This document shows, in pieces, positions 39,801 to 48,800 of a stretch of 64,000 nucleotides of DNA. Source of the DNA: Mytilus edulis (lineage: Eukaryota); contig NC_092351.1 of assembly GCF_963676685.1 (NCBI RefSeq), positions 20,460,001 through 20,524,000 of the forward strand. Reading direction: 5' to 3'. The notes below the pieces were generated by a model that was not told the DNA's origin, did not search any database, and was given only the letters and a program-made list of their open reading frames with translations. Numbering within the stretch: the stretch's first letter is position 1; the number at the start of each line of letters is the position of its first letter. A program made the translations under genes and the position numbers.

Positions 39801-42800
39801 TAATGTAATACTTTGTTTACGTCAGATTCCACTAATTTTATTCATATCGCAATTTAGTAGTTAAAACGACTAAAAACTATTGAAATTAACGCGCAACGTC
39901 AAAATATTAAAAAAAATCTATTATTTTGGTAGTCATCAATTCAACAAACTGCAAAGTTTTGAAATTATCCTGAACAGCAAATATCTAGGTGAAATTCAAC
40001 ATTAAATTATCTAAATATTCTTCCGCAGATTAGAGTATTTTTTAAGTCTCAGATTTGTATGATTTATTTACATTGACAAAACATGTAATAACAAAAATGA
40101 AAATGTAAAAAGTTTACCGAAATCGAACAAGGAAAGACGAGTGACTCCAGCTGATCATACATTAAAGGAAAATAAATCCGATTTAACACACTAGATCTTG
40201 CATTTAATTCAATGTTAATTTGGAAAAAAAGATAACATGTTTGAACAAGATTATGGCTGTATCTTTTTTCAGTTCTATGTCCTTCTTCTTGAAGTCATTA
40301 CAATTGAATTGATCGTTCATGAGTATTTACGTCACATCTGACATCTATATTCCCCACTAATCAAACTAACACTCCCCATGTTATCGTCTCTTAAATTAAA
40401 CGAGTAACACGATGGGTGCGAGTAGTGAAGCAGAATCTGCTTACTCGTCCGAAGCACCGAGTTGAATCGCGATTTTCGAAGAGGGTTTATGTTGCTAGAA
40501 CGTTACTTTGTTGTGCTATCATGTGTTAAATTTGTTTAAAGTTATCGATTATTTTAAATAACATGTTTGAAAAACTGTCGTTTGAATCCAATGTTAAATT
40601 ATGTTATACACGTCAATATTTGTATTGTTCGTTAAATGATCTGAACATTGGTTTCCTCATTTTGTTTTATATATGTCGCCAGGACATAGAAGAACACTCC
40701 GTATGAAAACATCCAATGGCACCGGGATAGATTGGTTAAACCCTAGCGACATGTACTCAATACAACCTTTAGGCGACATTGAACACGATGCACGGTTTAC
40801 TGATTTCTTCAAATTTCATGTTAAGACATGCCACAGTGCATATGTTTACTTATCATCAACTTATGGGTTTGAATTTTATGATGTGTATGGCATGAATACC
40901 TGGTTTATGTATGAAATTATTTTTGGTGATGAAAATGGAACAACGATAACATGGAAAAAATTGTCGTCCGGCGGTGCTGGAAAACAGAGAAGTTTAAACA
41001 TTCCACAAATGAATTGTAATGAGTTTACAAGTTTCTGGATTCAGTGGAATGATATCGGCGAAATAAGAATTGGCGAAGGAGATCATGTTGGTGAAATGAC
41101 ATTGATTGGATGGCAAACACATTTGGACTCTGAGATGCCTTTTAGAATATATAACGTTGGAATCAAATCAGGGATCGATCTTGAAGTTGAATGGATAATT
41201 CATTTGACAGGTAATACTATCATGAACTTGGAGGAAAAAGAAAAGTTATAATTTCAATGACAAAATCAAAAGCTCAAACATAATTATAATCCTGGTACTT
41301 TTGATAACTATTTACACCACTGGGTCGATGCCACTGCTGGTGGACGTTTCGTCCCCGAGGGTATCACCAGCCCAGTAGTCAGCACTTCGGTGTTGACATG
41401 AATATCAATTATATGGTCATTTTTATAAATTTTCTGTTTACAAAACTTTGAATTTTTCGAAAAACTAAGGATTTTCTTACCCCAGGAGTAGATTACCTTA
41501 GCCGTATTTGGCACAACTTTTTGGAATTTTGGGTCCTCAATGCTCTTAAACTTTGTATTTATTTGGCTTTTTGAAATATTTTGATCTGAGCGTCACTGAT
41601 GAGTCTTATCTAGACGAAACGCGCGTCTGGCGTATAAAATTATAATCCTGGTACTTTTGATAACTATACCAAACGAATGGATAACTACTATCATATTCTT
41701 GACTTGTTACAGGCATTTAACTAGCTGAAAATGACGGATTGAACCTGGGTTTATAGCTAACTAAACCTCTCACTTGTATGATAGTCAATTATATTGACAC
41801 AATGTGGGAACAAAACTAACAGACATAAAAAGTATAGATGAAAAAAATGAGGGTACAGATGTTAACATTGTATTAATATCTTAATCATTTTAAAAACAAA
41901 CAAATATATAAACAAACATTTACCATGACACAATAACAAAAAGACGGAGGTATAAGTAGAAAGCCACGTCATATGTAACAAAGAAACAAAAAAAGGCATA
42001 TAGACACAGGATTTAAGTAAAAACGAAAGATTAGAATTTACAAATATTCATAGAATGTTGACGGGAAATATAGAGCCACGAAGCTATTCAATGACAGGGT
42101 TTATACATGTGATGTACTTGTATTATCAGTCCTATGTTATGACATACGCCATCTAGTCAAAAGTAAGAAGTTTATATCCCCTATATTAAACATGTTTGAT
42201 ACTGTTTCAAATTAATAAGGAACAAATAAAAGACAGTTTGAGCCCTTTTCTGCTATATCCTATAGCTATACATAAGGGGTAATATAAGTAAAGGAAATCA
42301 CACAATACATTAAGAAATACAATACATTAAGAAATACAATACATTAAGAAAATTAATTCATAATTGTTCTCTCGACTTAACGAATGTCTCCACATGCAGT
42401 TCATAGGATAGTAATTTAATGACTTTTTGAAGAGCTCCATATTTTAAAATTAAAAGTAGAACATTCCGATACTTCATATTTAGGATACTGACATCATATG
42501 TCAGTAAGTTACATATATCATTTGTCATTTGTTCTTTACCTTATTTTCAAGGTCTGTCTGTTTGACATGTTAATCTGAACCATTGTCTTCGTTTTTATGG
42601 TTTATTGGTCAACGTTATATTTTCCAGTTCTTAGATACCGGATGTTTATTTTTCGGATCATTTGAATTTACCTCATTTTCATGTTTCGTTTGTCCAGTTA
42701 TCTAGAGGGTTGAAAAACGAATATTTGTACGATTTTAATCTGATAACATAAAATGAGATACTGCAATCTAAACGCCTTTTAAGCCCCTTTGTTCTGCTCT

Positions 42801-45800
42801 TTGTCTACCTAAGATTTATTAGTTTTTCGGATCCGCCACTTGTCTACCTTATATTTATCAGTTTCCGGATCTGTCACTAGTCTACCTTATATTTATCAGT
42901 TTTCGGATCTGTCACTAGGCTACCTTATAGTTATCAGTTTCTCAGTTCTGCCACTTGTCTACCTTAGATTTATCAGTTTTTCGGATCGACCACTAGTCGT
43001 CCTTTTATTTATTAGTTTCTCGGTTCTGTCATTAGTCTACCGTAAATTCGTCTGTTTTTCGGAGGTGCCACTTGTCTACCTTAGGTTTATCAGTTCCTCG
43101 AATCGACCACTTTTCTATGTTAGATTTGACTGTTTCTCGGAGGTGCCACTTGTCTACCTTAGATTTATCAGTTTTCGGATCTGTCACTAGTCTGCTTTAG
43201 ATTTATCAGTTCCTCGGATCGACCACTTGTCTATCTTAGATTCGTCTGTTTTTCGGAGGTGCCACTTGTCTACCTTAGATATATCAGTTCCTTGGAACGA
43301 CCACTTTTCTATGTGAGATTCGTCTGTTTCTCGGAGGGGCTTCTTGTCTACCTTAGATTTATCAGTTCCTCGGATCGACCACTAGTCTTTCTTAGATTCG
43401 TCTGTTTCTCGGAGATGCCATTTGTCTACCTTAGATTTATCAGTTTCTCGGATCTGTCACTTGTCTATCTTATATTTATCAGTTTCTCGGTTCTGCCACT
43501 TGTCTATCTTAGATTCGTCTGTTTCTTTGGGGTGCCACTTGTCTACCTTAGATTTAACAATTCCTCGGATCAACCACTTGTCTACCTTAGATTTATCAGT
43601 TCCTTAGATCGACCACTTTTCTTTGTAAGATTCGTCTGTTTTTTCGGAGACGCCACTTGTCTACCTTAGATTGATCACTTCCTCGGATCGACCACTTGTC
43701 TACCTCTGATTTACCAGTTCCTCGGATCGACCACTTTTCTATGTAAGATTCGTCTGTTTTTTTGAGGTGCCACTTGTCTACCTTAGATTTATCAGTTTTC
43801 GGATCTGTCACTAGTCTACCTCAGATTTATCAGTTCCTTGGATCGACCACTTGTCTATCTTAGATTCGTCTGTTTTTCGGAGGTGCCACTTGTCTATCTT
43901 AGATATATTAGTTCTTCGGATCGACCACTTTCCTATGTAAGATTCGTCTGTTTCTCAGAGATGCAACTTGTCTACCTTAGATTTATCAGTTTCTCGGTTC
44001 TGTCACTTGTCTATCTTATATTTGTCTGATTCTCGGTTCTGCCACTTGTCTATCTTAGATTCGTCTGTTTCTTGGAGGTGCCACTTATCTACCTTAGATT
44101 TATCAGTTCCTCGGATCGACCACTTGTCTATCTTAGAATCGTTTGTTTTTTCGCGGAGGTGCCACTTGTCTACCTTAGATTTATCACTTCCGCGGATCGA
44201 CCACTTGTCTACCTTAGATTTATCAGTTCCTCGGATCGACCACTTTTCTATGTTAGATTCGTCTATTTCTCGGAGGTGCTACTTGTCTACCTTAGATTTA
44301 TCAGTTACTCAGTTCTCTCACTTGTCTATCTTAGATTTATCAGTTCCTCGGATCGACCACTGTTCTATGTTAGATTCGTCTGTTTCTCGGGGGTGCCACT
44401 TGTCTACCTTAGATTTATCAGTTACTCGGTTCTGTCACTTGTCTATCTTATATTTCTTAGTTCCTCGGATCGGCCACTTGTCTACCTTCGACTTATAGTT
44501 CCTCGGTTCTGCCATTTGTCTACCTTATCTTACTGCGAAGTGTAATTGGTGTTGATTTGCTTTCAGATGAATTAGACCAGATTAAAATAGAAGCACCTCT
44601 TGTTATGGAAAAATTTCTAAATACCACACATGACATTCTTAACAGATCAGTGCCGTTAGAAATGTATGGCTTCAATATGGACAAAGAGAAATCAATGTTG
44701 TTTAGTGTTAGAGCATGTCGTGACGTCAGACTATATCTTTATCCAAGAACGGCTAATATACAAGCAAAAACAACGGGAACGGTCTTGTATGAAATTCAAC
44801 TGATAGATTTCAAAGTTAAAGTTAGCAAATTGACAAACGAAATTAAACATCTATTGATGGAAAATATACTTGATGTCTCGAATTGTTTTATAAGTAACTC
44901 ATATGGATATTTCTGGATAAGTTGGATGGAGAATATATTAACCTTTGGAACTGGTCGCAATGTAAGCGCCATTCCGATTTTAGAAACGCCAATAGACACT
45001 TCAACTATTCAGGATATTTATATAGCTTCCCTTACAAATGACAGTCGAATGTGGATTATCAACAGAAAAGGTAAGAAATCACAAAATAGAAATACGTAAT
45101 GGGCCTATACGCTCAACAGTTGTATCAGTACAGATCCAACCTATTTATCTTACAGACTTCATATTTATGACCCGCAACGAAGTTGTCGGTGCCATATAGT
45201 TTTACCCCTGTCCGTAATTCCGTAATTCCGTCATTCTTTCATTCCGTCATTCCGCAACAAACCACTATACAAAGTTTTTTCTAAACGCCTTCAGATATAG
45301 GGCTGATTTTTGGAATGTGAGTTAACTATGATGAGTTACAATTCAAGTTTATGTTTCGTTCTGATCTGCTAATTTTTGCTGAAATTACGGGCTTTGGACT
45401 TTGATAAATTGTTGAAAATCATAGTTATACAGAGTTTTTTTCTAAACGCCTTCAGATATTGGGCTGATTTTTGGTATGTGAGTTAACCATGATGAGTTAC
45501 AGATCAAGTCTAAGTTTCGTTTCCGCTCCGCTAATTTTTGCCGAAACTACGGGCTTTGGACTTTGATAATTTTTTTGAAAATCACAGTTATACGGACTTT
45601 TTTTCCAAACGCTTTCAGATGTAGGGATGATTTTTTTGCATGTGAGTTAACCAAGATGAGTTACAGATCAAGTTAAAGTTTTGTTCCGCTCGGCTAATTA
45701 ATGCTGAAATTACGGGGTATGGACTTTGATAAATTGTTATAAATCACAGTTATATGGACTTTTTTGTTAACGCTTTCAGATATTGGGCTGATATCTGGTA

Positions 45801-48800
45801 TGTGAGTTACCCATGATGAGTTACAGATCAAGTCTAAGTTTCGTTTCCGCTCCCCTTATTTTTGCCGAAATTACGGGCTTTTGACTTTGATAATTTTTTT
45901 GAAAATCACAGTTATACGGACTTTTTTTCTAAATGCTTTCAGATATTTGGCTAATTTTTGGTATGTGAGCTAACAATGATGAGTTACATACTAAGTTTAA
46001 GTTTCGTTCTGCTCCGCTAATTTTGGCCAAAATTATGGGTTTACAACTTTGAAAATTGTTGAAAATCACAGCTGTACGGACTTTTTTCTATACGCTTCCA
46101 GATTTAGAGCTGATTCTTGATATGTGAGACTACCATCATGTTTGTGTCCACATGTGTTATTGAAATTGTAGATTTTTCCAATTTTTGAGACGGGGCCATT
46201 GGTGTCGCTTTGACACATCTAGTTTTCATAATTTGTTTGAGAAAAGCATGACTAAAATCAGAGTAAAGATATTACATAGCACCGTAAGTGTGACTTACTG
46301 TTTGCAATACATATTTAATTTTAAAAGATTTTAGCAGTTAAAATAAGAACTAAAATATAAAGCGATAGAAACAATATCATGCAATATTATTAAAGTGTTG
46401 CATTGAAACCTAAAAATAGATGTTTATTCAAAGGATAGTAAATTTCATTTACACGAACCTCATATGAATGATTAAGCTCTATAAACAACTTCTCCTTAAA
46501 AATAAGGATGCAATATCCCATTTGCAATTAAGGTATATACCGGTATAAAAAATTCAAATCAATCGTTTTGTATCTATATGAAAATTTGATACATGTTTTG
46601 ATTAATATGTGTTGACGAAATGCCTGTCTTAATATTTTACTAAAATATGATTTGTTCTCCATCATTTAATTTAAATTTATTTTGAATATTATTATTTAAA
46701 TAAATTCGAAAGGATAAGTTTTTTCAAATACACAAAATAATGTATTATAAAATATCATAAATATAAAAGTGTTGTATCATTAGCAACATTTATTATTATT
46801 ACAAAAAAAGTATGTGCAAAATAAAATCTCGTACGACGTCGTCGAAATAGTCTGTTTCATACCTTTACAATTTCCTTATAGAGATTCCCACCTATATTGG
46901 AGATGATAACACATACGTCATGGATTTCGATCTAGATGGTGACTATGATGAAGATTGTTCCATGAGAATATATGGTGAATGATTATAAAGGATTTGATAG
47001 AAACAATTTAAAATAAGAGCATATTAAAAGGCTATCGATTAAAAGTCATAAGTCATAGAACGACAGACATAACGAAAAGATAAAGAGACACACAAAATAA
47101 ACTAAACAATTATACCATGCAGACAACACGAAATAAGTTAACCGGAATTTTACTGAGTAAACGTTCAGATTCTTGCAAAAAATCAAATGAAGTTGCACAT
47201 TGGATTAAAATACTACATTTAATTTGAATATATATATATATATGAAAAGAATATCTCTTGGACCATGTTGACAGTTGTTAAAAAGACATCATTGTCAGTC
47301 ATATAATTTGATGCCGTACTGACTATGCAATAACAATATATCAAACATAATTGCAAGAAAACTTTGCATTGGTCGAGATTAAACAGGAGGCTTTACCAAG
47401 GGGTAGTCAGAACTTATAAATTGAATAGAAACCAACAAAATCATAGAAAATGAAAAATTCAAAGTTAGTTTATTAAACTAGTTTAAAAGACTAAGTAACA
47501 CGAACACCACCAAACCGATAGTGATCCCAGGTGATCCGGCAGGTAAGCATATCCTACTCTAAATGTCATACCCGTCGTGTTACTTCTACAAAATATGTTG
47601 ATATCAAATTATTAGACATCACTTAATAGCAAATAGGTTATTGTCTCTTACATAATCATGAGAAATTACATCATTCCTAAATCAGTGGTCATATAAATTT
47701 TTGTAGCCATGCTAAATGCTAATTTGGCAATAAAAGCTGATAAATTGCAAGAGATTTATTTTCATCAGTTATACCTATCAAGTTCATGTATGAACAACAA
47801 TCTTTTTTAAACATTTTTGTGAAATATTTAGATCACACATAAAGAAAAAGCATGATGATTGTTTTTATAAAAACGTTATTTATAATTCATATATTTGTTT
47901 ACATAAAGAAGCTTATTTTTCTGTTACAGATTGTGGAGTTCCTGTTTTTGATAATGCGCATGTTCACATACCATATCCTGGGCACACCGATAACAAATAT
48001 GGAAATGTACATACTGTAATATGTGCTGAAGACTACACACATTCAGGAAGTACTGTCACTCGGTGTCTGCCGACAGGAAAATGGTCAAAGGAATTTCGGT
48101 GTTTACCAAGTAAATCATTCTGTTGTTCATTATTTATTTTCATAACATTTTTGACCGATGAGAATAGAATAATATCTAACTCACTATGGTTACAATTGAT
48201 TGAATAGATTGAATATAGTCATATCAATAATGTTGAATGTCAAAATAATGACATTTGGATACTTAGCGTGGAAAATAAGCCACTAGCTCGATGATAGCCA
48301 CATTTCCACGTATGATACAGCATGCCTAGTAGTTCTTAACTGGGTTAAATTATAAATTATATATGATCTAATTATCATATAAAAATTTTTGAGGACCTTC
48401 ATCACAAAATAAAATGATATAGAATGCACTTAAGAAATTTACCAAAAACTAACCAAGACCATTCGTCCAATAATTAAAATGTTTATATTTGTAGACTGTA
48501 AAGAGCCACCACAGTTACTGAACACGGGATCGATAGATGTCAATAGTAGGAAGTATTCAACATGGTCAACGTACAATTATGACTGTTTTACTGGCTCTTC
48601 TATGACAGGCGATAATACGATTATCTGTCAAGATAATGGTGAATGGAGTGAGCCTCGGTTTGAATGCAGTGAGTAAACCCCTAGAATTATGTATTGATGA
48701 ATCAACAGAAAGAGAATCCTTATTCCTTGTTAAAGGGATAAGTATGAAAACGCATTAGTTAGTTGCTTTCACGCGCGAGTAATATGAGCATGATGTTCTC

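Noticed and set aside
42795-44530. CRISPR-like appearance of regularly spaced repeats
   Set aside because: Units are contiguous with no unique spacers, there are no cas genes, and the context is eukaryotic.
42840-44545. Several 60-176 aa ORFs with repeating PLVYLRFISSSDR or CHLSTLDLSV
   Set aside because: By-products of a 39-bp (13-codon) minisatellite in an intron. Frames are broken by indels and stops, and there is no splice-consistent place in the gene model.
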